In this document: piece after piece, positions 18,744 to 40,810 of the stretch | Layout: each line of letters opens with the position of its first letter | How positions within the stretch are numbered: position 1 is the stretch's first letter | Source of the DNA: the human T2T-CHM13v2.0 reference genome, Homo sapiens | Direction: 5' to 3' (one strand) | DNA: 64,000 nucleotides | Assembly: GCF_009914755.1 (NCBI RefSeq) | Contig: NC_060931.1 | Notes under the pieces: model-generated | What the model was told of the DNA's origin: nothing | Database searches by the model: none | Seen by the model: only the letters and a program-made list of their open reading frames with translations | Position numbers and translations under genes: made by a program

Positions 18744-19519
18744 CCACTACTTAAAAAAGAATTTAAAAAAAATAACCAATGAGTTTCCTCACAGAAGTGA
18801 CCTATTACTATTTTAAAATATTAGTTTGCAATTCAGTGTCATTCTTTTCATGTCATTATTTTCCTTTAATCTTTTGAGTAATTTTCCTAATTATGGAAGT
18901 ATGATATAAAAACTCTGGAGGGAAGAGGGAAACATCTAAATTGGTTTTAGGAAAACACTTTTTTTCTGAGGATTACTTCTTGTTATTGCATTAAGTAGCA
19001 GTAGAATGTCATTATATATGGAGTAATCATGCAAATTCCAATGATATTTATTCACAGCACTGTCTGTATCTTAGTAAAGTTGACCTGAAGACCAATCATC
19101 CTCTGACATACCTAGATCTTTAATGCTTTATATTTTGAAATAATAATCAAAGAAGCCCTAATAATAATAATGCCCTATTTCTCTACTCTTATATTTAAAA
19201 AATTCATTGTTCTGTTTATTAATTTAACTTGTTAAATTTAGCTTACTTAGTGTCACTGCTGCAAATTGGCATGGATATTTTTTTCCTATGACATATCTGT
19301 TGTATGGAGGGATGAATCTGATCGCTTGAATTCGTCCAAAATTTCCTCCATTGTCAACCCTAAGCAGGTGTTACATTCTTTTGTACATTGATTATTTTAT
19401 TCCGTAAACACTTATTTATGTTAACCATGTGCCATTCATTGTTGATGAGATGAAAGCCCCTACCCTCATACGTAAGCTTATACTTCAGTGAGGGAATGTA
19501 AGCCCAGACCTAGGAATTA

Positions 19520-20340
19520 TCCTAGTTTAATCTCTAGTCTCCAATTTATCACCAATTCCTATCTTTTCTGCTCCCAAAATATATCTTGAATCCATTTGCT
19601 TCTCTTTGTTCCATTTCTGCCACCCTCATTGAAACCATCAATCATCTTCTACCTCATGCTACTTCAGTTACCTCTTACCTGGCATTCCAGCATTCACATT
19701 TCTTCTTTTCATTCCTTTCTTCAGTCTGCCACCAGTGATCATTTAAAAATGTATATTTGGCCCTATATTCTTAAAACTTTTTGGAGGTTCTTCATTTCTC
19801 TTAAGATAAAGCACAAAATCTTAACAAGGTTTATAATGCCCTTTATGATCTAAGTTCTCCCTTATTCACCTGTCTTTTGTTTCATTTTGAAACACTCTCC
19901 TTCCTAGTCCACTACATTCCAACCATTTTAGACTGCTTCCGTTCTTTACATGAGCTGTGATCTGTCCTGCTTTATGTTCTTGCACATGCCCTTCCTTCTA
20001 CCTAGAACACTGCTGTGTGCCATCATGCCCCTGCCCCTCCCCCTTAGTTTGGTGTAAATATCACTTCCTTAGGGAGATCTTCACAGGCCCGCACTCCTAA
20101 CCCTCAAATCTAAATGAAGTCTCCCTGCCAAGTATCTCAAAGCATCCTATGTCTTTCCCTTTTAGCACTCATCACAATTTATCACATATATCTGTGATTA
20201 TTAACTTGATGTCTCACTCCCCTCCTAGTTCCTGTGAAGGTAGAGGGACCATGTGTTGTTCTCTGTTGTATTTGTAGCACCCAGCACAGTATCTAGTGCT
20301 AAGCAGGTGCTTAAGAAATATTTGTCGAATAAATGACTTG
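19520..20340 (+). mobile_element. L2 LINE 3' fragment
   Basis: pyrimidine-rich L2-like body ending cccagcacagtatctagtgc...aaatatttgtcgaataaatga. Confidence 0.7.
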
Positions 20341-20560
20341 TGTTTGACAAAATGAAGTATTTGAAAGTTATACCAATAATTTTATGCTATATAAATATAG
20401 ATACCCTTTTAACTCTGTTGCAATTCCTCAGGAAATCATAACACTATCATTAAAATTTGCCTAACAAATTAGGTATATTCAACATTGTGGGCTGTGATCA
20501 ACTGATGGTGATGAGTCAACACCTTTATTGAAACCATGGAAATTATCTGCTGATTAGTAA

Positions 20561-20701
<141 letters not shown>

Positions 20702-20991
20702 TAACTCGCTCCATGTAGAAATTAACCAGATATATAAATATTAACTTTCAGATTAATAAATAATCAAATAATAATATAAGTAAGCCTAGTTAGAAAGTAA
20801 GTTTTGAAGTTACCTTTTTGCAGTTTTTTTGGTAGAATAAATAAGTGCATCTTATCTCTGTGCCATGAACAGTGAGCATGTATGCTCAAATGTCTGTTGA
20901 ATGAACACAGATTAATTAATTTTTGCCTAGAATCCTTCTCATTATCTTTACTTCCCAAAAGAAACGTATGAGTTATGAAATTGTCCCATGA

Positions 20992-21335
<344 letters not shown>

Positions 21336-21569
21336 TATTCTTTCATTTTTTATACCTGAATTGTTACTGTGACTTAACTGCTGCATACTCTGAAAAAGAA
21401 TTTTTAGTGACCCAGCTTAGTTAGGGAGTACAAAAGTATCTCAGGATATGCACTGCTATAATGCAGGGGAACATGTTCTCAGGGTCTCCTGAGGGTTGTG
21501 TCATGGGCCGTGTAATATTAAAAAATAAGTTTAAACGTATTAAAATTTTAAAAACAAAAATAATAAAAT

Positions 21570-27470
<5,901 letters not shown>

Positions 27471-27586
27471 TGTAGAATGTTTCTAAAATGTAATACTAAA
27501 TTTATGAACAATCTATGTTTATTTCTTTTGAAAAGAAATTGTTTGAATCACATTGCTGCTTTATGTTACCTTTTTCATACTTTTAG

Positions 27587-27772
<186 letters not shown>

Positions 27773-28286
27773 TAATGTCTATAAGTTAAAATGTTTTCAT
27801 TTCCTTTATGTTTTTCAAGAATGTGTTCTATTTGATTAAGGTCATTTGTGCTATAAAGCAAAATGTAAAATTTAATAGGACACAAGCCTTTCTTCAGTGT
27901 TCCTGCCTTGACTCATATTTCAAATCCAATCTGCTTTTTTAATGTCCCATTTTTATTTGACAAGAAGGAAGTACCATTTGTTAAATTAATGTATTTTAAA
28001 CTATGAATGGGACATGTTTGCTTTGCAGTGTAGCAGAGCCGCATTTGAGTAAGTATACATTTTTACTCAGTAGAAAGAATAAAGTATAATTGGTTAATTT
28101 TATTTTGTATGAATTTGTTAAATATTTTCCTCCCGCCACTTTATAGGAATTTTGTAAAGAAACTTATTCTCATGAATATTTTAGTTAGGGATAGTTTGAT
28201 TTTAAACAATCAATAAACCTGTCAAATGAGCTCAAACAGGAGAGTAACCCACAAAGATAAAGATCCCTGAGAAAGTATACTTGAGC

Positions 28287-28570
<284 letters not shown>

Positions 28571-29074
28571 AGTATACTTGAGCCTTATGAAATTGGACAA
28601 AATCAACCACTTCCTCCAACTCGCTCTGAGGCTAATGGTTTCTCATTTCCACCCTTCTAATCACCTTTCTTTCTGTGGCCTTTCTGTAGACTTGTTACCC
28701 TATGATTTTGGTTTACACACGGTTTTGGTTTGGCTTAGCACGAGTTCTGGCTTAGACTTTTACTAACTTTTCAGTTCATGTTCCTACAATATCTGATAGA
28801 TATATCATGTTAGTCTCACCAGTCAGTATATTGACTAGCTTTGGTTTGGGTGTACATTCCAGCCTAATCAGCGATGGCTGCCAGATTGGGGGTAAAGGTG
28901 AGATCAAATGGGGATAAGCACAGTTGCCTAGGCTTGCTTCTTCCACTGGCTTGGGGTTAGAGCATTTTTCAAAGAAAGGAACTGTGGATACCCCAAAATT
29001 ATCTATTATAGAGTGGATAATAAAAATACACAAATATTTTTGAGTGACTTTCAAATAAATCATAAAACAACAAG

Positions 29075-29205
29075 GCATTGTGACTGCCTATAATCCCAAC
29101 ACTTTGGGAGGCTGAGATGAGAGGATCACTTGAATCCAGGATTTCAATACCAGCCTGGGCAACATAGCAAGACCCCATCTCTAGTAAAAAAGAAAGAAAG
29201 AAAAA
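29075..29205 (+). mobile_element. Alu left monomer / FLAM-like
   Basis: single monomer followed by an A-rich tail. Confidence 0.75.
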
Positions 29206-29522
29206 TTATAAACTATTGGTTTAGTTTATTCTAATTATTATTTATTTTTTAGGTTGATTTGGCTCCGATAATAAAGTGTCTCACCTTTTAAATAATGCCA
29301 TCCAGTCTTTTTTATTTTGGCTTTTGATTATATTTCAAAAGTGTTTGAGAAACAGTTATTATTTTCCTATTATAAAATAAGTATAGGAAATTTGGAATAT
29401 ATAGTATAAAGACTATTAAAATCACCTATAATCTCAATAACCAGATACTTGAGTGAATATCTTTCAAGTCCTTTAAAAATGTGTATTTATTATAATTTGA
29501 AGCATTTCTATTCTTTTTATAA

Positions 29523-29666
<144 letters not shown>

Positions 29667-30689
29667 TGACATAATTTTATTTTTTTGTTTATAGATATTA
29701 CTTTGTATGTGGTTTTCATGATTATCCAAGTTGTTTCCAAATTATACTTGTGCACATACATACAATTTATATTTTACTTCTCATTGCAAAAGTGCTTGAA
29801 CTAATCCAAATAATTTCTTTGGAAATTGTATATTAATAATAATATGTCTGGAGTATTGTAGAGGTTGGCATCTTTGGAAATGTATGCCTCCTACACCTTA
29901 AAATAGATATCAAAAAAGAAAATTTGTTGTTTACTTGGGAAGTTTTTTATTTTGTATTTCTCAGAGAAGTCTTCTGGTTGGCCTGAGTTAGCTTAAAAAG
30001 TAATAATACATAATTATCATAATAAATATGTGTCATAAATAAACATTTAATTTTTGATAACAAAAAGGAATACAATTTTGATGTATTTTATCTCATAGTA
30101 ACTCTTTGGGGGTAATTTAATAAAACATTTTTTATCACTGCTTACAATATTCATTATGTTTTTAGTTCTTAAAAGGAAAATATTTTTTAAAATTTCAACT
30201 TCTATAACCAATTGAATATAATTGTTAGAGTTATTTATGTTTTCAGAGAATGGTATGAAATTAGTTGTGTTTCAGTGTTATAGTTAATTCTTCAGTCAAC
30301 TAAACAGTGTGAATTGGGTATAGACTATGCACCACATAGTATTGAAGGGTTCAGAAGAAGTGGGTGGGGGGATAATAAAAAGCAATTACAGATTGCTTTC
30401 TTTTTCAAATCCCTTTAATTATCCTGAGGAAGATGATGACATTTAAATAACAAGCAAGATAATAGAGGCAAACTCCATTTTTGACCAAAATGCTCAATGG
30501 GAAAAAAATATCTTGAATTAATAGTTTTGTGTTTGCTTGACACATGTATATTGCCTATCTTCAGAGTGTAGGCACTGTGTAGGAAGGGGCTACAAAGGTG
30601 AGACTCAATGAGCAGCCACAATCTCAGAGCAAAGTATAAAAATGACTAGAATAACAAAGCATAATAGTATGATTCTTTTTGATCATACA

Positions 30690-31260
30690 TAGTCTCCTAG
30701 TCAGAAATCTGGGACTTAACATAGATCGTACCTTCTTTCTCTCTCTCTTTACAGCCAAGAAATTCTCAAGTCCGCTGATTCAGTCTTTTAAATATCTTCC
30801 AATTCATCCTCTTCTCTATTAGTACGGCCCTATGTGAGATCCTTGTCTCTCACTTATGCTTTTGATACACTGAACTCCTTACAGATATTCTTGCTTCTGA
30901 TCTCATTGCTCCCTAGTCTTTCTTCTACATTGCTGGCCCAATGATCTTTCTTCCTTGTACTTGGGCCCTAACAATGCTGAGCAACCTGTAGCAATTCAGA
31001 TGTGTCATGTTCTCATGTGTCTTTTAGAATATTTACTCCCCACCATCCACAAAGTTTCAGGAGCACCTTCCTCTATGGCCCCATTATTTGCTTTTTATAT
31101 GTACCTTTGAAATGGGACTTTCATATTTTAATTATTTGTTGCATGTCTACTAAACTGTAAGGTCCTTCAGTTCAGGGACTGAATCTTAACTTCCCAGAGC
31201 CTAGCACAGGGCTTGGCATATGATAGAACTTTAAATGTTTGAATTAACCAATTAATTAAT
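30690..31260 (+). mobile_element. L2 fragment
   Basis: cccagagcctagcacagggcttggcata...aaatgtttgaattaa L2 3'-end motif. Confidence 0.65.
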
Positions 31261-31677
31261 ACATGTATTTGAAAATGAATTGACTCAAAGAGGAGTTTTT
31301 ACATGTTATAATCTTGTCAGAAAATTTGGCCAATTTCTAATTGTTCTACCGAAAGGTATTGTTCTCTTTCGGTTTCTAGTCTAGTTCTTATATTAAAAAA
31401 TGTTCTCTAGCCTCTTTATAATAGCTTAAGGGACAGAAATTGGAGTTACATATTTAGTCACAGAGTTCTTTTAAAGGAAGTTCCTTTTTCCTTTAAAACC
31501 ATTAAAACTATTATTGAAATTTACTTCTTTCAAGTTTAACCAAGTTTATCCTTTCTAAAAGCATCCATAATTGGTAACTTTTTTGAAAGTGTTTTTTAAT
31601 TCTCATTGTATATTGTTCTGAATTAGCTTAGTAATTCTTTTTGAATCTGGGACTGACTTTTTTTTCTCTTCTGCTAG

Positions 31678-31899
<222 letters not shown>

Positions 31900-32031
31900 T
31901 AAGATTGCAATTATTGAACATTTCACATTTAATTTCAAAGAATTATATGTATTTATGTTTTATAATACTGCAGGAATTTCTAACTTGGAACAGTATTTAT
32001 TATAAATAGAAGTCTTGTGTAGGATAAGTAG

Positions 32032-32342
<311 letters not shown>

Positions 32343-32516
32343 AGAAGTATTTATTTTTACTAATAAAGCTTTAATTTAGGTGATAAAAAAGAAAAAAGCC
32401 TTATTTCTATTTTTGGCCAAAAGTTGTATTATTTATCTGTATAGCAATGCATACATCTTCCAATATATGCACAACTAACTGTTAGGAAGGTGTAAGATAA
32501 TCATATTAAACAAGTA

Positions 32517-32519
<3 letters not shown>

Positions 32520-32555
<36 letters not shown>
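32520..32555. repeat. (TA)n microsatellite
   Basis: seen directly in the sequence. Confidence 0.95.
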
Positions 32556-32556
<1 letters not shown>

Positions 32557-32766
32557 CCACTTCTCAAGAGAAAGCAATAGAAATCTGATTTTCACATTTT
32601 TGTTTGTGTTTAAGGTGAGTTCTTCTTAAAAGGATAAAGGAGTTAAAATATTAGAAACTGCACTTGTTTGTGAATGAAATTTGAATTTAAAAATGGTGTT
32701 ATATGATATAATTTAAGCTTTGATATTAAAACTGGCTTGTCACCACTTCTATTTTTTTTTTTCTAG

Positions 32767-32787
32767 CTATGGAAGATTAAGTCATGA
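32767..32787 (+). CDS. PHTF2: PHTF2 terminal coding segment LWKIKS*
   Basis: poly-T plus ctAG acceptor; CTA TGG AAG ATT AAG TCA TGA; typical PHTF C-terminus. Confidence 0.93.
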   Translation, partial: LWKIKS

Positions 32788-35135
32788 CAATTCAAAGAAA
32801 AGAAGATGTAGCCTCTTTTCCAGAATAAGAGTACTGACTAAGCTGCCTGAAAGCTTGTCACTGATTCTTTGCTTCAGGAGTCTCAGCTAGGGAGTTGAAG
32901 TGTTTACATCAGACTGTCTTGTGCAATTCTTATATTTATTTTACTGGTTCACTTTTTTTTACATTTATTTTAGTCTTTATATTTTTATTTTTAAGCATTG
33001 ATGTACTTAGTTGTTGAAAGGGTGATGAAACTGATATCCAGATACTTGAGATCCTGGTAATTGGTCATAAATAATTGGCAAAATAACAAATTGTGAAAAT
33101 AGAAGCCATTGCTCAGCACCGTTTCTCCATCAATGCCGTGAACTTGCCTTACTTGAGGAAAAATTCTTTAACTTTGGAATATTGCATTGAACTCAGCTAT
33201 ACACATAAAACATTTTCTTTGGTAAATCAAGATCCAGTCAGGGTTTCTCTTGAATTATTTTGGAACAATGCCAGGATCCAAACTGATTAAGTTACAGTTT
33301 AAGCACCCTTCAGTATTAATATATACGGTATTATATAACAGGTCAACAAGTGCTCTTTGATGATAAAACTTGTAATAGAGCAATAATTGTAAATGGTTAC
33401 CATACTGTAAGATATTTTGATAAAAATTAACTAGTAATACTTGTATTTATTTGAAACACTGGGCTGTTTGCACAGCTCCAACTGTGCATGCTCAAAATGT
33501 GCACTTTTTAAAATTGTTACTTTTAATGCGTATCTTTATATGGGATCTGTTATAGTATACTAGGGCATGATATGGTATCCTTTTGAGTGAGGTATATACT
33601 CATCTCACAAGTGAAGTGCCTACTGATATTACTAAAGTACATTATGTTTACTCAAGTAAATAATTTTCTCCCCATGGTACACTCTAGTGTAGGCTATTCA
33701 TACCACACTGAAATGAACAACTGAAGAATAAGGCTAAGAACCAATAAAATATTTCTCTAATTGCTAGTTGTAAAACTGTATCCAAATTTTCAGAAAAGAC
33801 AGCTTCAGCTTGCAAATTCTATCCTCTAAACTTATCTGGTGCATTCTCCCCACCCCACCCCCATTATATAAGGGCTATTTTAGATGCTTTTAACCTCCCC
33901 AACAAATAATTTGCCAAGTGTCCAATGAGAACTTATCATGTTGGTGTGTTAGGTAAATCGGGCAAATATGATAGTGTCTTACATTGGGCCTTGATTTTAA
34001 GTTGTTATATTTGTACAATCGAGTATTTTAGAAATTACATGAAACATGAAACAGTTTTTGCAATTTTTTTTAAACTGGGCATCTGGTTTCTAAAAATTTA
34101 TTTGAAACAATCTAGAATTTTCTTGGTGCAAAGTGTATCATGTGGAATATCCTCATATTTTTACCATATTTTAAGAACTTTAAGACGATTAATTGTAAAT
34201 AATTTATTTGATTGGTGCAGTTCTAATCCCTAAATCATAATCTTAAAATCAGGAATGTGTGGAGAACAGAGCCATGTCATATCACTTTGCTCTTACCATT
34301 CCTTTTGATCAGCCTCAATTCAGCCTCATTGTGTAGTATGTTTTTTCTTTCTATGAAAAACAACAGAAAGCATTTCATTTTATTTGCCTATGTTCAAATA
34401 TGTTTAATAATGACCAAAGTGCATTCTGAGTTTTTTCAAGGAATGTAATACTGGAGCTTTAAGAACATACTTAGTTTCTCATGTGAAAACTTAGGCTTTG
34501 TCTGATGTTTTTCCTTCCTCTATTGTCTAATGTTGAGGTTGTTTTTAGGAATTATGTTTTATAAACTTTTTCAATATAAGGTACATGCCTATACAGAACT
34601 TAACATTTTGCACAGAATATATCAAATATATTTTGAGAAAAAAAGTACGGCATGAGTTCTGTTAGGAATAAAAGATGAAACTATTGTATCTCACAAAAAA
34701 TCTTATTTCAGAATGGAAATATTTTTGAGAAAAGTAGCTGAGTATACTGGTTTAAGAAAATGCTTGTTTTAGATTGAGGTTAACTTAGAGTTGGGAGTTG
34801 ATTTATTAAGTACAGTATACCTCTCAACAGTTTATAAATAATATGTTGAATTATGTCAGTGTGGGCAGCAGTAGAATACTAAAAGGAAAATGTCATGTTA
34901 AGCAATTTCAGAACATTAACTGAACTATTTTCAAAGCAGAAAAATTGACATTGCTGCCTTTAAGAATACCATGAATGTAAGAAATTGAAAGAAATTGTAA
35001 AATATCACATAATATAGAAATGGCAGTTCAAAGAGAATTGTGGCAGATGTTGTGTGTGAACTGTTGTTTCTTTGCCACATGTGTTGTATTTGAAAGTTTT
35101 ACAGTAAGTTTAAAATAAAACATTCTGTGACTGAC
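32788..35135 (+). other. PHTF2: PHTF2 3'UTR (~2.35 kb)
   Basis: AU-rich and free of recognisable interspersed repeats from the stop codon to the distal poly(A) signal; many miRNA seed matches. Confidence 0.8.
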
Positions 35136-35150
35136 GGTGTTTTTTTTTTT
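35114..35150 (+). terminator. Distal polyadenylation signal with downstream GU/U-rich element
   Basis: AATAAA at 35114-35119, followed ~16 nt later by ggtgttttttttttt. Confidence 0.8.
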
Positions 35151-35419
35151 AATTTTCAGGTCATATACATTTCTATGGTAATTTTGTGTTTACTTAACAT
35201 AAAATTTAGTTAGATTTGGGGGGAGTGAAAATAAATTTTTTATAACTTTCCAACATTTTAGATTTTGTTATGATTCTTAGAACATGAAAGAATAATACAC
35301 AGGTTTTTCATCACCAAAATGATATTATATCATTAATGTTTGTTTGCTTCTTTGTTTTTGAATACAGCAAACTGGCTGTGGCCTGAAATATTAAAGCTCA
35401 TTGTGAAAAGATAGTGGTT

Positions 35420-35723
<304 letters not shown>

Positions 35724-36104
35724 GATAGTGGTGTTTTTAAACAAATGATTTTGCCACATGAATTTAGCATGAGAGATTATGATCAACAGTAGGATGGTTA
35801 AACATTCTAATATTTCTGTTATCTGATTGGTCCAAGTGTTCACTGGGCTTAAATTAATCTAGGACTATTAATTCAAGTGCACTTTCAAACTTACTTTAAG
35901 CTTACAAATGGCTCTTTTAATGAATCTCCCTTCATACTTCAAAATAGCAATATGACTGGCACTTCTTAATTGTTTGCTGTATCACTTAGAACATAATTCT
36001 CAACTTTTTTTCTGCCAAGCCTATACAAAAAGACACCACAAATGCTTAACAGTAGCACTGGCTCCCCAAAGTACTTACTGCCTGGGGAATCTAAAAGGCC
36101 ATTA

Positions 36105-36902
36105 GGGATGGGAAAAACCCAAGTGTTTTTTTCTACTCTCACACCATTCAGCATAACACTTCTGATACCAGATTCTCTGGCAGACACCAACTGGGTGTTT
36201 TAGAATTTAACTCAGCTCTAACACTACACCCAAAAGAATGTCAGATCCCACAGGTTGAGGGCTCATTCCCACCAGACTGCCCCCACTTCAGATGCCAGGC
36301 ACAAGACCCAGGTTGTGATCTGCCTCCCCATCAGGGTTCCTACGACCCTCTTCTTGGGTTCAGTTAATTTGCTAGAGAAACATTTAACTTTTACAGGTTT
36401 ATTATAAAGGATACAGATGATGGAGGAGATGCATAGGCAAGGTATGGGCGAAAGAGTGTGGAGCTTTCATGCCCTGTCCAGAGTGTGCCACACTCCAGGA
36501 GGCTCCATGTGTTGTGCAACCCAGAAACCCTCCAAATCCCATGGTTGAGGGATTTTTATGGAGACTTCAAATCACATAGGCATGATTAATAAACTCCACT
36601 TCCAGCCTCTCTGGAGGGAAGGTGGAACTGAAAGTTCCAAGTTTATAATCATGGTTTGGTTCTTCTGGTGACTGGCGCTCATTTAGGAGCCCACCAAGAT
36701 TTGCCTCCTTGCAGTAAAAGACATTCCTATTACCTGGAATTTACAAAGCTATTAGGAACTGCGTGACAGGAACTAGAGTCAAAGACCAAATATTAGAAGA
36801 AAAGATTCTCCTAGCACCCTTGTCATTCAGGAAATTACAAGAGCTTTAGGAGCTCTGTGCCAGCGACTGGGGGCAGAGACCTGTGTATATATATAATTTC
36901 AG
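36105..36902 (-). mobile_element. MER21-like LTR
   Basis: cagatcccacaggttgagggctca...gactgcccccacttcagatgcc motif recalled from MER21. Confidence 0.7.
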
Positions 36903-37024
36903 AGAGGTGGTACAGATACACTTTCAAGAAAGTATTCCCCAAGTGACTTGTAAAATTTGTTCCACTTAACCATTTGTCACCACCCTGAGAATTATTGGCT
37001 TAAGATACAAAATTTTGTAGAATG

Positions 37025-37905
<881 letters not shown>

Positions 37906-38029
37906 AATGTAAATTCCATGAGATATTAACTGTATTTACCACTATTCTCAGCACCTGGAACAGTGCCTGATACACAGAAATATCACAATATATTTACCTA
38001 ATGTGTGACTTGAGTCGAATAGGACCTTC

Positions 38030-38570
38030 GACACCACTCATTCCAAAGTCCCCATTTTACCACATGAAAAAAATAGGACCCAAAAGAGGTTAAGAAGCTT
38101 GTCCAAGGTTGCACAACTACTCAATGATAGAATCCAAACTCTCCGTATCCCCTTTGCAGGTATACATTCTATAATCGTATCTTTGTGTAAGCATTTGGCA
38201 CCTCTTGACTGATCAAAATTGTTCATCATAGGAAGAATACCCTGGGAAGAACAAATATATTGATAAATTATCTGTCCATTTTTTTAGTGAGGTCATATAC
38301 AAACTAATAAACCTTGGCAATAGGAAAACGTCAGAATTCATCTTGACATCTCCCTGTTCAACTCTCTGCAGTGTGCCCTAGTGGAAAGAACATATGCTTT
38401 GGCATCAGGCTTCTTTTACAATCTTGAGCAAATTACTTAACCTCTGTGAGCTTTGGTTTTCTCAGCTGTAAATTACTAACAGTAATACCTATCTTACAGG
38501 GCTATTAGGAGGATTAATGAGATAACATATGTAAAGCACCTAGCAAGGAACTGATGTGTTAGTTATGCAG
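38030..38570. mobile_element. MIR fragments
   Basis: MIR core motifs (ttgagcaaattacttaacctctgtgagc...ctgtaaa; cccattttac...ttgtccaaggt). Confidence 0.7.
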
Positions 38571-39949
38571 GAAAATTGGTTCTCTTCACCTTTCTTACCA
38601 AGAAAAACAAGTAACGGCCTAGGGCAATTAACAAAAATTTCCAAGCTAAATCATTCATATTACATAAGATATCATATGCATCCCCACCAAATGTGAGAAC
38701 TATTAAGAATCATCCTTCTTATAAACTATCATTCTTCTGTATGTGAAAAATTCTTTTACAAGAAGTTGACATTTAATTCCCTTTCTTCCTAAGCAGGCAC
38801 ACTAAAATGTGGGAGGAAAGTCTCATCCTTTTGCAAGCCTATGTGTTACTGTATATCCAATTATGAGCAATTTTGCTAAATTCTCAGATGCATATTCCAT
38901 TCATATCTCTTCATTTTTTTATCTCTGGCTCATTTATATGTGGATACTCTCACTAACAGTACCCTAGAGTCCTTTCATTTTCAACCTGCTTCTCAACTTT
39001 AAGTTGTCTGCTCACTGTTCATACTTGGAGTTGCTGGGAGAGCATTGAACTTGACTTTCTAGAAATCATGCTTATCAAGATGTAGCTGAAATCTCTCAGC
39101 TCTATATTTGGCAACGTGCCTTTTAATCCATTTCATGTCCATTTATATGCTGCCTACAATGGCTCTTTTGAACCTCCTTTATCACCCTCAAGTTTCTCTC
39201 ATCTGTATCTGTTTCCTCTAACTTTACTGAAAAGATAGAATTCATTAAGCATGAATTCTACCATCTTCTCCCCACTACAGCTCTGTCAAAAAGATGTTGC
39301 TCTCTGAGCCCAACTCTCCCTCAGTCCCCAGGATTCTGTCCCTGTCCACCTTTAATCTTTTCCTTTCCTGATTTTATGTTATAAGTTATTTAGATTTCGA
39401 TGAGAGATAATCGTACCTAGAGTATGGGAGAACTATTTAAGGTTTACAGGTTGGGTGGAACCCTTGTATATACTAGATGGTACTGTGAGGGCTTGCCACA
39501 CTGTCAGCCTTCATCTGAACAGAGCAGAAAGTGTTTCTGCATGTTCACCAAGCCCTGCTGGACTGTATCACTTTTCTCTGTGGGCCGTAACTCAGTGGTC
39601 AGCGATTGGTGCCTTGCTCTAAAGCAGCCAGCCATTTTATGTGCCTGCAAGTAGCCTGTAGGGTTGGTTTTGGCATGAGAGCTTTGCCCAGTAGATGCAC
39701 TGTATCCTTGATGGTGACTTGCTAACTCAGTGTGATTCTCTCTTACTGCAAATTTGAATTTAGGACACAGTGTTAGCAGGAGGAGTTGCTAGAAAAGCAG
39801 AAACCCAGGAGAAACCATGAATTGAGCAAAGCCATAAAGTAAAAAGGAGGTAGTGATAGTGGAGAAAGGAGAAGAAAGTAACAGAAACTGCCCAAAACTG
39901 GCAGGAGCAGAGAAACCGAGCAATAGCTTGGGTAGTAACTTTTAGACCT

Positions 39950-40273
39950 TTAACATATCATTACAATGCTAAAATCCCTGCCCCTAAATGAAGATGGCCA
40001 CCATGTTGTATACATACAATGTATGAAGAAGCATGTGTGGGGACTGCACCTGTGTGGAACTCCACCCTGAGCATGTTATATACCTCCCCTGCCTCTCATC
40101 TAACTCTTTGCAATCCCCTGACTCCTATTGCTCCAGGAGAAGGTGACTTTAGAGCAAGAGCTCCCCTTCTCTATTCTCTGGCCACTGAATAAAACCCAAC
40201 TGCCTTTTCCAGTTGGACCTACTTTCTTTGCAGCTGATACAAAGTAGGGAAGGTACTCAGTTTACTGTATCAC
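39950..40273 (+). mobile_element. LTR-like fragment (ERV1 type, family uncertain)
   Basis: LTR-like 3' end with aataaa and terminal ...gtatcaca. Confidence 0.45.
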
Positions 40274-40810
40274 ATGTGAACAGTTTAGTATGGCTGGGGA
40301 AAATGATGTGTAGGCAACAGTAGAAGATAATGCTGGAAGATGACTTTGTGGAGCCAAGAAATTTGAATTTTATCTTCAAGATGAAGACTGCCTAGCACAG
40401 TGCCTGATTTCCTAGTTGCTTGGTGAGTACAACAGAGATGTCACCATCTTCACTAGGATACTTAGTAAACAGCTCCAGACTGAGATTGATTGATTGATTG
40501 ATATTTTGAGGCAGGGCCTTGCTCTGTTGCCCAGGCTGGAGTGCAGTGGTGCAATCACGGCTCACTGCAGCCTCAACCTCCTAGACTGAAGTGATCCTCC
40601 CACTTCAGCCTCCCAACCAGCTGGGACTACAGGTGTGTACCACCACACTCAGCTCATTTTTTATTTTTATGTAGAGACGGGGTCTCACTAGTTTTCAGGG
40701 CTGGTCATTTTTTTTATTTAAAATTTAGTATATATTAAGGGTTCTATTCACTATGCTAGAATTTTTTATGTAACTAAAATATTGACATGGTACAAGTTTG
40801 TATCCAAGGG

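Noticed and set aside
32767-32787. C-terminal KIKS as a di-lysine ER-retrieval signal
   Set aside because: Lysines are at -2 and -4, not the canonical -3 plus -4/-5, and the C-terminus may not be cytosolic
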